A DNA stretch of 64,000 nt, taken from NCBI GenBank assembly GCA_050506795.1, contig JBJHCF010000014.1, forward strand, positions 2,846-66,845, written 5' to 3'. Below are positions 46,926 through 54,512 of the stretch, piece by piece (position 1 is the stretch's first letter; every line of letters starts with the position of its first letter). The DNA comes from Opitutia bacterium. GTDB lineage: Bacteria > Verrucomicrobiota > Verrucomicrobiia > Opitutales > T3Sed10-336. Position numbers and translations under genes: made by a program. The notes under the pieces were generated by a model, which did no database searches, was not told the DNA's origin, and saw only the letters and a list, made by a program, of their open reading frames with translations.

Positions 46926-48167
46926 ATGCTCAATGCATTCATTCATCCACCGTTTCATAACTGTCCTTATTGCGGTGCGCAAAAGACGTTCGGCAGAATC
47001 TCGGTTGGGGACGAGCACTATATCCGTGAATGCAAGTCGTGTGGAAAGCGGAAGCGGATTCGACTTCCTCCACTTAAAAAGCGGGTGATCTACTTGGATC
47101 AGTGGTTTCTCAGTGATTTGACCAAGCTCGACGATTCTAGGTTTGATCGTTCGAAGTTCAGACAACACCAGAGGTTTTTCGAGGAGGCTAACGATCTGCT
47201 GCATGATCTTGTCAGGCTCAAACTGGTGATTTGCCCCGCGAGCCCGATTCATTTCCGCGAATCAATTAGGTCAGCCAAAGTCGCACCAAAACGGGTGCTT
47301 GCCGTTCTAAAAGACCTCTCATGCGGCATCGTCCTTAAGGATCCTGACCAAGTTTTGTGCCATCAAGTTGAGCAGGCTCTAGACTGTTGGATCTCTGGAA
47401 GAGATTGCAACCATGACATCTATGCGCAGGAGATAGCCAAAGGTAAAATCAACTCATGGGCATCCGCTCAACTCAGTCACGACTTCACGCCTTATCGATG
47501 TTGTGAGCAGCAGCGCTTCGAAACCGAAAAAGATAGGCGTGCGGATCGACTGAGGTCCGTCATTAGCCGTTGGAAGCACCAATGCGCTAGAAGCTTCAGC
47601 GAAGACTTTGAAGAGGAGCGTCGAAGCGTCGCAAACACGTTCAGATTGAAGTGGGCAGATTTAGTGAACGATGCCGGAGCTTGCACAACGGATGGGCAGG
47701 AAGATGCGCTTTGGCGTCTTCTTGGGAATGATCGTGCCCACCTATTATCCAGGGCGATCAGAAAGATTGATCGACCTGAGGATCTCCGTGAGTTTTTTCA
47801 GTCGAAGGAGTATTATGGCATCCCGGCGATCAACGTTGAAGCCACGATCTGGGCGACCATTGCTCATATGGTCCAAGCTGGATCGAAAAACCTCGAAGAC
47901 CCCGGCCTCGGCAATGATGTCGCCTTTATCTCACGGTACCTCCCTTACGTTGATGTGCTTTGTGTGGACCGTGCTTTGTTCAATGCGCTTTCGCATCCTC
48001 ACTGTAAATCAGTCATCCGGGGCCGAGAGGTATTCTGCCTCAAAAATGGCAAAGAAAGCTTTCTCAAATTTCTGCGCGATCTTAGGATTTCGCCGGAGGC
48101 CAGGAGAAACGAGAAGCTCTTGGATGAAATCTATTCAACACACGGTCGAGGCCAACACTCAAAATAA
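46926..48167 (+). CDS. Hypothetical protein with N-terminal Zn-ribbon (CPYC...CKSC); possible split PIN-like acidic motifs
   Basis: 413 aa, ATG start, clearly lower GC than the flanks. 'CPYCGAQKTFGRISVGDEHYIRECKSCGK' (46962-47042). 'VIYLDQWFL' and 'NDVAFISRYLPYVDVLCVDRALF' loosely resemble the first and last PIN motifs but lie about 300 aa apart. No family recognised. Confidence 0.6.
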   Translation: MLNAFIHPPFHNCPYCGAQKTFGRISVGDEHYIRECKSCGKRKRIRLPPLKKRVIYLDQWFLSDLTKLDDSRFDRSKFRQHQRFFEEANDLLHDLVRLKLVICPASPIHFRESIRSAKVAPKRVLAVLKDLSCGIVLKDPDQVLCHQVEQALDCWISGRDCNHDIYAQEIAKGKINSWASAQLSHDFTPYRCCEQQRFETEKDRRADRLRSVISRWKHQCARSFSEDFEEERRSVANTFRLKWADLVNDAGACTTDGQEDALWRLLGNDRAHLLSRAIRKIDRPEDLREFFQSKEYYGIPAINVEATIWATIAHMVQAGSKNLEDPGLGNDVAFISRYLPYVDVLCVDRALFNALSHPHCKSVIRGREVFCLKNGKESFLKFLRDLRISPEARRNEKLLDEIYSTHGRGQHSK

Positions 48168-48308
48168 GATTCCGACAACAAACCCTCCGCAGGATCGCCG
48201 TGATTGGCGGGCGGGCGTGATTCTTGTTGAAGGAAGACAGAAGACGTCAGGTAACATGAAAGGGGAAACCTTTGGATTTGGGCTATACTAGAGCCTGTCC
48301 CAAGTTGC

Positions 48309-48326
48309 AATCGACTCTTAATCAGT
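48309..48326 (+). promoter_or_regulatory. 18-nt motif AATCG(C/A)CTCTTAATCAGT, site 2 (upstream of the protease gene)
   Basis: Read directly. 55 nt upstream of ATG 48381. Confidence 0.4.
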
Positions 48327-48380
48327 GATTTTTTTAATATTTTCGTTCAATTGGTACAATTCGAAATTTTAAGGGAATGC

Positions 48381-49370
48381 ATGGGCCTTGCCACTGAAAT
48401 ACTAAGATTCTTCCATATGGACTTTTCCGGACGCTCTAAGGCGCAAACTGTTCGGACTATCGAGGACTTTTCAAAGCTCAAACCCGAATGGCAAGAAACG
48501 CTTGATCTGGGGAGCGTCTTCAGGAATTGTTCGCATTTAGAACAACATGGATACCTTTTTGAAGCCACCTCTCGGCATCCTCACCCTATCCTTGGCCGAT
48601 CCTATGTTTCGCCTAGTTTCGATTATCGGCGTGCAGAGTATGGTGAGTATGATTTCATAGGCCATGGTTTCGGTTTAATCGTCGAAAAGCTCGGCCCAGC
48701 AGTACGCCCTGTCGTTGTGTCAAAGGCAGATGGAGAGGAAGATATTGGAACTTGTTTCCTTCTGGGAAATCAACAAACTATCGTCACCGCCCGTCATGTA
48801 GTGGAGGGAATGGCGCGCATTGTTATCCCTGATCCTGAAGGCAATCCTATAAGAATTCGTCAAATCACAGTTTCCGAAAACCCAAATCTTGACGTAGCTG
48901 TCATTCTTGCTGAATCTATATTGTCTAACCTACCTTGCTTTCGCTGTAGTGAATCGAACATTCTCGATGAGGTTCTTTGCCTTGGTTTTCCTCCGATCCC
49001 GGGATTCGAAGCTACGTTGATTGCGGATCTTGCAACTATTAATTCCGAAATTAGGGCATCGCGTGGTCGTGTGGTCGCATTGAGCGATTCGTATCTGGAC
49101 CGACAGAGTTACATTTTAATAAATGCGCGAGTCAAAGGTGGAAATAGCGGCGGTCCAATCGTTAATCGGCAGGGATATGTAGTGGCTATTCTCGTTCAGG
49201 CTTCCATGAGCTCGGAAGATTTGCATAGCCTTGATTCTCTTGGATATGGTGTCGCTACTCCTAAAGGTGAATGGATTGGGCTTTTTAGGGAATCGGAAAC
49301 AGGTATATGTTCCGGAGTTGATCTGCCATTTGAGAACTTTCCAGATGGTGGATTTCGAACAAAACTTTAG
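48381..49370 (+). CDS. Cytoplasmic trypsin-like (S1/Trypsin_2) serine protease with an unknown ~120-aa N-terminal domain
   Basis: ORF 48351..49370. ATG 48381 is preceded by AAGGGA (spacing 4 nt). Catalytic triad context 'IVTARHVV' (His), 'NLDVAVIL' (Asp), 'KGGNSGGPIV' (Ser, about 49140-49157). No signal peptide. Confidence 0.8.
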   Translation: MGLATEILRFFHMDFSGRSKAQTVRTIEDFSKLKPEWQETLDLGSVFRNCSHLEQHGYLFEATSRHPHPILGRSYVSPSFDYRRAEYGEYDFIGHGFGLIVEKLGPAVRPVVVSKADGEEDIGTCFLLGNQQTIVTARHVVEGMARIVIPDPEGNPIRIRQITVSENPNLDVAVILAESILSNLPCFRCSESNILDEVLCLGFPPIPGFEATLIADLATINSEIRASRGRVVALSDSYLDRQSYILINARVKGGNSGGPIVNRQGYVVAILVQASMSSEDLHSLDSLGYGVATPKGEWIGLFRESETGICSGVDLPFENFPDGGFRTKL

Positions 49371-49380
49371 GGCGGACTGC

Positions 49381-49490
49381 AAGACGTTCAGGTCTCGACC
49401 TTTGACAAGATGCTCATCGGGGCCGAAGGAATAGCTCCGTCAATTTTCGCCGGTGCTGCTCCAAGAATTCCGAATCCGGAACGCAGCGTT
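49381..49490 (+). repeat. ~110-bp repeat, copy A (partner at 52868..52975)
   Basis: Hand alignment. The core 'aattttcgccggtgctgctccaagaattccgaatccggaacgcagcg' versus 'aatttttcccggtgctggtccaagaaatccaaatccggaacaaagcg' has 7 mismatches in 47 positions. The upstream 'aagacgt..gac(c/t)tt(t/c)gacaa(g/a)at(g/t)ctca' part also aligns. Confidence 0.8.
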
Positions 49491-49574
49491 CGGGCAGGGC
49501 AATCCGCGTCCCTTCGAAGTGCAGGAAGTTTTCGTGGAGACTTTCCAGGGTAAGACGGTGACGGACGTTTCGGC

Positions 49575-49991
49575 TTACACGCCCAGATACTGATGAAAAA
49601 CAGTGAAGCGTCGCGGCAGATGATGGACCGTTTCACTGATGCGCTTTTCGCCGGGGACAATTTTGGAATCGACCAGGGTTTTCGGGTTTGTGCACTTCAG
49701 CTTTTCCGCATTTTTTTGAATTGCGGCGGCTATTGAGACGCGCGCTTCGGCAACGTGTCCGTCGAAGACGTATCCCAGCATCCCACCAAACGCGAGTCCG
49801 CGTGCGTACCGGCCCTTCACGAAGCACAGCATTCCCTGTTCGCCGGTCACGTACTCGGACACCAATGAGTGCCAGCCCGAAGGAAACGTGACGTGCAGCC
49901 GTTTGGCTTCCGTGAGAAAGTAGGGCCAGGGTTTCTTCGCGCCGGTCGCAGCCAGAAAGGCAAGGTCTCCTCGTCCCAATGGTTTTTTCAT
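49575..49991 (-). CDS. Hypothetical protein, possibly frameshifted or truncated
   Basis: ORF 49575..50273, but its N-terminal 94 codons run through repeat copy 1. The first ATG outside the repeat is 49991 ('MKKPLGRGDLAFLAATG...'). An adjacent frame continues stop-free to 49414. No domain recognised. Confidence 0.35.
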   Translation of the reverse strand: MKKPLGRGDLAFLAATGAKKPWPYFLTEAKRLHVTFPSGWHSLVSEYVTGEQGMLCFVKGRYARGLAFGGMLGYVFDGHVAEARVSIAAAIQKNAEKLKCTNPKTLVDSKIVPGEKRISETVHHLPRRFTVFHQYLGV

Positions 49992-50087
49992 CGCGTTGCG
50001 CCGGTCGTAGATGGGGATTTCACGTAACAGCTCGATCGGGCGTCTGCGAAATTCGAGAAGGCCGTTGGGGTCAGCCCTTAAATTAAA

Positions 50088-50352
50088 AGTTAGGGGTACA
50101 AGCAAAGGACATCGGTTACACTTCAATATGGCAATTATGCCATGGAAGAAGAGTGTTCCGAGTGAAACGACAAGACTGGGTTTGCAGAGAACTGGACCAC
50201 CGACGGACGAAAAAGAACGATTTGTCGTACTGGTCGGGAGGCATTTTGTTTGCCCACGAAAGGCACGAAACACACGAAAGGGGAGAGGGAGGGCATTGGT
50301 CTGAGCGAAAGTGGTGGTTCATTTTTCGTGTGTTTCGTGGGCAAATTTTCCT
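50088..50352 (+). repeat. Hairpin-containing intergenic repeat family, copy 1 (~265 bp)
   Basis: Shares '(a)gttaggggtacaa', 'ggacatcggttac', 'tgccatggaagaag', 'ggaccaccga(c/t)ggacgaaaaagaacgatt', 'tttgcccac(g/a)aaag(g/a)c(a/g)cgaa(a/t)cacacgaaag' and 'ttcgtgtgtttcgtggg(c)caa(a/t)t(t/c)ttcc' with copies 2 and 3. Internal inverted repeat tttgcccacgaaa...cacacgaaa / tttcgtgtgtttcgtgggcaaa (50248-50279 / 50323-50345). Confidence 0.85.
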
Positions 50353-50551
50353 GAGATCAGGAAGTCGGGCTTAAAACACCGAGCTGCGTGGCGGAGTGGT
50401 GACGTGGTGGCACCGCCTTTCTTCGGACGGCGGAGGGTGGCGGGACGTGGGAGCTAAGAGTGCCGCGCAGACGAATGTGCGATCTCGGATCAGCCAGATT
50501 TTATAAAATGACTCTTTACATTCAGACGTCTAATTGTAAAATACGGATCTC

Positions 50552-51700
50552 ATGATTGCACGACCTTTCTGGGAAAAGCGCATTCGCGAGGCGTGGGAGC
50601 GGGCGCCGATCGCATGGCTCGCGGGGGTACGTCGGGTTGGAAAGACGACGCTCGCGAAGTTCTTTCGCGATGGCGAGTACCTGAACTGTGATCTGGCCCG
50701 CAATCGGGAGCGGTTGTCGGATCCGGAATTCTTCTTTCAGCAATGCGACGCCGGATTGATCGTGCTGGATGAAGTTCATAAGTTGGAGGATCCAAGCGAA
50801 GTTCTGAAAATCGCAGCGGATGAGTTTCCGGAAAAGCGTATCCTTGCCACTGGTTCTTCAACCTTGGCCGCCACTTCAAAATTCAGAGACAGTTTGACCG
50901 GGCGAAAACGCGTGGTCTTTCTACCCCCCGTGCTGGCGTCGGAATTGAAGGCATTCGGAAAGGCGTCGCTGGAGGATCGCCTCTTGTGGGGCGGTTTGCC
51001 ACCGTGCCTTCTCGGCTCCGGCTCCGATCCCGAGTTTTACAGTGAATGGTTCGACTCCTATTTTGCCAGGGATGTCCAGGAATTGTTCCGTGTCGGCAAG
51101 CGTACGGAATTTCTGAAGCTCACGGAATTATTGTTGCGCAACAATGGAGGACTGGCGGACATCACGACACTGGCAAAGCATAGCGGTCTCACCCGCCCCA
51201 CGGTGATGAACTACCTCGATATACTGGAAATCACCCATGTGATACACCGTTTGCGTCCGTTCCATAACGGCGGGAAGCGTGAACTGCTCGCCCGACCCAA
51301 AATTTACGGCTTCGACACCGGTTTCGTGTGCTACACCCGCGCGTGGTCCGAACTGCGCCCGGAGGACCGTGGAGGCCTTTTGGAAAATCTCGTACTCGAT
51401 CTCCTCAAGGCCGCCCTCCCCACGACGCCCCCGCTCTATTGGAGGGACAAACAGGACCGTGAAATCGATTTCGTCCTGCCCGGCAAACGCGACCACACGA
51501 TCGCTGTCGAGTGCAAATGGAGCAGCACAAAGTTCAATCCTTCAAACCTCGAGGTCTTTCGGCGCTATTACCCCAAAGGGGAAAATCTGGTCGTCACCGC
51601 AGGACCCGGAGACTCGGAGAGGCGACGTTTCGGTCAACTTGAAGCAACCGTCGTACCGGTTTATCGGCTGTTGGATTGGATGGACGCGCGCAAGAGTTAG
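50552..51700 (+). CDS. AAA-type ATPase with DUF4143 C-terminal domain
   Basis: Walker A 'GVRRVGKTTLA', Walker B 'LIVLDEVH'. The C-terminal 'YWRDKQDREIDFVL...AVECKWS' restriction-endonuclease-like fold is typical of the AAA_14/DUF4143 family. Confidence 0.85.
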   Translation: MIARPFWEKRIREAWERAPIAWLAGVRRVGKTTLAKFFRDGEYLNCDLARNRERLSDPEFFFQQCDAGLIVLDEVHKLEDPSEVLKIAADEFPEKRILATGSSTLAATSKFRDSLTGRKRVVFLPPVLASELKAFGKASLEDRLLWGGLPPCLLGSGSDPEFYSEWFDSYFARDVQELFRVGKRTEFLKLTELLLRNNGGLADITTLAKHSGLTRPTVMNYLDILEITHVIHRLRPFHNGGKRELLARPKIYGFDTGFVCYTRAWSELRPEDRGGLLENLVLDLLKAALPTTPPLYWRDKQDREIDFVLPGKRDHTIAVECKWSSTKFNPSNLEVFRRYYPKGENLVVTAGPGDSERRRFGQLEATVVPVYRLLDWMDARKS

Positions 51701-51995
51701 GGGGTACAACCCAAAGACATCGGTAACAGTTATCCCAAGGACATCGGTTACACATCGGCGTGGCGTTTATGCCATGGAAGAAGGCCGTTCGGAGCGGAGC
51801 GACAAGACCGGGTTCGGAGAGAGGCGGACCACCGATGGACGAAAAAGAACGATTTCCCGTACGGGCCGGGAGGTATTTGTTTGCCCACAAAAGGCGCGAA
51901 TCACACGAAAGGGGGAGAACGGAGGTTATCGCTCTGAGCGAAAGCGGCGGCTCGTATTTCGTGTGATTCGTGTGTTTCGTGGGCCAATTTTCCTG
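51697..51995 (+). repeat. Hairpin-containing intergenic repeat family, copy 2 (~300 bp)
   Basis: Begins at the ATPase stop codon ('agTTAGggggtacaac'). Same blocks as copy 1, plus a duplicated 'acatcggtaacagttatcccaaggacatcggttac' submotif. Confidence 0.85.
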
Positions 51996-52051
51996 GCAAG
52001 CAAACGCGAGGGTGGCACTCGCCTCGCGGCCTTCACGAACTTCGGGATCGT

Positions 52052-52873
52052 TCAAGGTGGAGGCGGATCGGCGACCGGTTCACTCCTATCGGAGACCCCG
52101 GAACTTTCCGGACTTTCTTCTCCATCCGGGTTCGCTCCTTCGTGCAATACACCGGAGTCACCCGGTTCCATCGGAGCGCGGCTCGCCGCCAGATATACCA
52201 GCGACGCGACGACAAAAAGAGATATCGGGGCGAGCACCACGGCTGCGAGCATCACCACAATCCTCCTCGGCCAGGGATTCGCCAGGTCTGCTTCTCTTGT
52301 CTTGAATGCCCGCAACAATCCAACGAGCACCGCCACTAAACCGAGCCCGATGCCGATCATCACACCGATAATCACCACAATCCCGGTGGCGCCGGCGCCC
52401 TCCCGCGCCAGTTGCGGCAAGAGTAGTGACAGAAGAATCAGTCCAATCGGCACGGCGAAACCTGTCGCGATTATCCAGAAGACCCGGCGGGACCACGTTC
52501 CCGTTTCCCAGGATTCGGGTCGCGAGCCGTTGTCCGCCGATTTGCGCGCATTGCTCCTTTTCCCTCCTTCCGTATCAGATTGTGCCGCATCTCTTCGGTC
52601 GTCCTGCAATGTGGCCGAGATCGTCTCCAGATGCGTTTTCATCTGCCCGGCCTGCTGATAGCGCCTGTCCGGTTCCCTTTCGAGCGCTCGCAATACCACT
52701 TCGTCGAGGCGGACATCGATCCGAACCTTCCGGGACGGAAGCTCCAACGGAGTACCCGGGAGTTCTCCGGTAAGCATCTGATAGAGCATGACACCCAACG
52801 CATAGATGTCCGCCCGATGGTCCACAGCGCGCGGACTCTCTTTCTGCTCGGGGGCCAAGGCACCGAGAAGACG
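52052..52873 (-). pseudogene. 5'-truncated Ser/Thr protein kinase (C-lobe plus C-terminal TM region only)
   Basis: The translation starts inside subdomain VIII: '(G)ALAPEQKESPRAVDHRADIYALGVMLYQMLTGELP...LERALEREPDRRYQ'. Hydrophobic segments follow. An in-frame TGA lies at 52874-52876, with no N-lobe upstream. The break coincides with repeat copy B. Confidence 0.75.
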
Positions 52874-52975
52874 TCACGTCTTGACTTTCGACAAAATTCT
52901 CACGGGAGGGCACAGAGTCGTCCCGTTAATTTTTCCCGGTGCTGGTCCAAGAAATCCAAATCCGGAACAAAGCGC
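52868..52975 (+). repeat. ~110-bp repeat, copy B (partner at 49381..49490)
   Basis: See copy A. Same orientation. Confidence 0.8.
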
Positions 52976-53016
52976 TTTCGTGACCTGGAGTCCCTCACCC
53001 AATACAGTCAAAACCC

Positions 53017-53817
53017 TCAGGGGGCCTCCAGCAGTCGGCGCAACACCACGGGAGCTTGTGTGCCTTCAACCGCAAAGTGGATTTCGTCGTGGGCTACGTT
53101 CACGCAAATGACTTTGAAAGCCCCGGCACCGACTTCGACGGTAAACTCCTGACCTGTCGCGACAAGGCTGTCGTTTATGAGTGCGATTGTTTCACCACCG
53201 CGTTCCATCGTTCCGGTGAATCGAAGGTATCGTTCGAGCACGGAACCGAGGACGATCTCCGCGGCGATGCTCTTTCCGGCTTCAAGCTCCTGCGCTCGCT
53301 CTCGGGCATTCCGGACGGCGTCGATCGGAAGCGATTGGAGCAGCCGTGTCTCCATGCTCCCGTGGCTATTCCGCCCACCCGGATGACGCTCCGCAACCAC
53401 AAGCCAGTAATATGCCATCTCATGGTCCCTCTCAACGCCGCGACCATAATAAAATCCTTCAGCCAGTAGCCCGGTGGAACGGCTGCTTCCGAGATCGGCG
53501 GCCCACGCGGCCCAAATGATTCCTTCGTCATACGACGCGGACAAATACGTCCTACCCGGAAGGCGTCCCATCAGGAACGTTGCCAACTGTTCCATTGCGG
53601 GAGGATAATGCTGGTCGGCGGATTTCCGTAGCCACATTATGAAATCTTCCCTGTCCCGAAAAGTATTGGCGAAACGGTATTGCGCCTCGGCATCACCCTC
53701 TTCTGCCTGCACCTTAAGTGCGGCCAGATTGGGGTCCCTGTTTGTTTGTGCGTTCAAGGTTAAACCGGAGAGCCCAAGCAAGCTGACAATCAGCGCGAAA
53801 ACTTTGAGGCGCAGCAT
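53017..53817 (-). CDS. Sel1-like (TPR-type) repeat protein, secreted
   Basis: ORF 53017..53868. ATG 53817 gives the signal peptide 'MLRLKVFALIVSLLGLSGLTLNA'. 'AEEGDAEAQYRFANTF...ADQHYPPAMEQLATFLM' and 'AADLGSSRSTGLLAEGFYYGRGVERDHEMAYYW' are Sel1 repeats. Confidence 0.75.
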   Translation of the reverse strand: MLRLKVFALIVSLLGLSGLTLNAQTNRDPNLAALKVQAEEGDAEAQYRFANTFRDREDFIMWLRKSADQHYPPAMEQLATFLMGRLPGRTYLSASYDEGIIWAAWAADLGSSRSTGLLAEGFYYGRGVERDHEMAYYWLVVAERHPGGRNSHGSMETRLLQSLPIDAVRNARERAQELEAGKSIAAEIVLGSVLERYLRFTGTMERGGETIALINDSLVATGQEFTVEVGAGAFKVICVNVAHDEIHFAVEGTQAPVVLRRLLEAP

Positions 53818-54026
53818 AATAGTCTTAGAGTATGAAAGAAGTCCCCGAAAACAATCGGAATTTCCCAAGGCAGTGGGGATTCGCAGGGCGGGATCCGCCG
53901 GCGGTCAAAATTAGTGAGGCGGACATTCCTGTCTGCGAAGTATTGAGGAGGGAGCACAGACAGGAATGGCTGTGTCACTGTCCTTGGCGACCGAAAGATG
54001 CCGGATTTCCATATTCGGCGTGCCGG

Positions 54027-54322
54027 AGCGGTACAACCCAGAGACATCGGTAACCGTTATCCCATGGTCATCGGTTGCCCTTTATCGTGGCGTTTACGCC
54101 ATGGAAGAAGGCCGTTCGGAGCGGATCCGACAAGACCGGGCTCGGAGAGAGTCGGACCACCGATGGACGAAAAAGAACGATTTGCCGTACTGGTCGGGAG
54201 GCATTTTTTTTGCCCACGAAAGACACGAAACACACGAAAGAGGAAGAGGGGAGGGCATTGGTCTGAGCGAACGAGGTGGCTCGTTTTTCGTGTGTTTGGT
54301 GTGTTTCGTGGGCAAATCTTCC
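54027..54322 (+). repeat. Hairpin-containing intergenic repeat family, copy 3 (~296 bp)
   Basis: Same blocks as copies 1 and 2. Lacks the 'gttagggg' 5' block. Single-nt indels relative to copy 2 break any common reading frame. Confidence 0.85.
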
Positions 54323-54512
54323 TTCCTGCCTGTCCTTACAAGGCACAAACAAACCTTGGGATTAAATATTCAATGCGGTGTGTGCCATTGCGGTTGTTGT
54401 CCGAGAACGGACGCTTGGTGCGCCGTCCGTTCACTGTTTGCCGGAGAAAAGGGGGGCGCGGGATTCAGCGAGGCGGAGTGGGGGACGCTGATCGAGTCAT
54501 GATTGGAGTGTA

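Noticed and set aside
51279-52658. 459-aa + strand ORF spanning the ATPase 3' end, repeat copy 2 and the antisense of the kinase remnant
   Set aside because: It runs through a non-coding repeat and is antisense to a frame with clear kinase motifs. The sequence is S/R/P/T-rich without motifs, so it is spurious.
53924-53968. 12-bp inverted repeat cattcctgtctg / cagacaggaatg with a 21-nt loop just upstream of repeat copy 3, and a 9-bp stem gaacggacg / cgtccgttc at 54405-54432
   Set aside because: These are isolated hairpins with no flanking T-runs, no counterpart next to copies 1 and 2, and no adjacent gene whose regulation they would explain. Noted only.
50088-54322. Could the three repeats be a CRISPR array or integron attC sites (copies 1 and 2 start with GTTAGGG, reminiscent of the GTTRRRY core)?
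   Set aside because: Not CRISPR: the units are 265-300 bp, imperfect, and 1.3-2 kb apart with genes between them. The attC idea is unsupported. The elements are 2-4 times longer than attC sites and the 7th base is G rather than Y. Copy 3 lacks the block, the intervening genes have mixed orientation, and no intI/attI is in the window.
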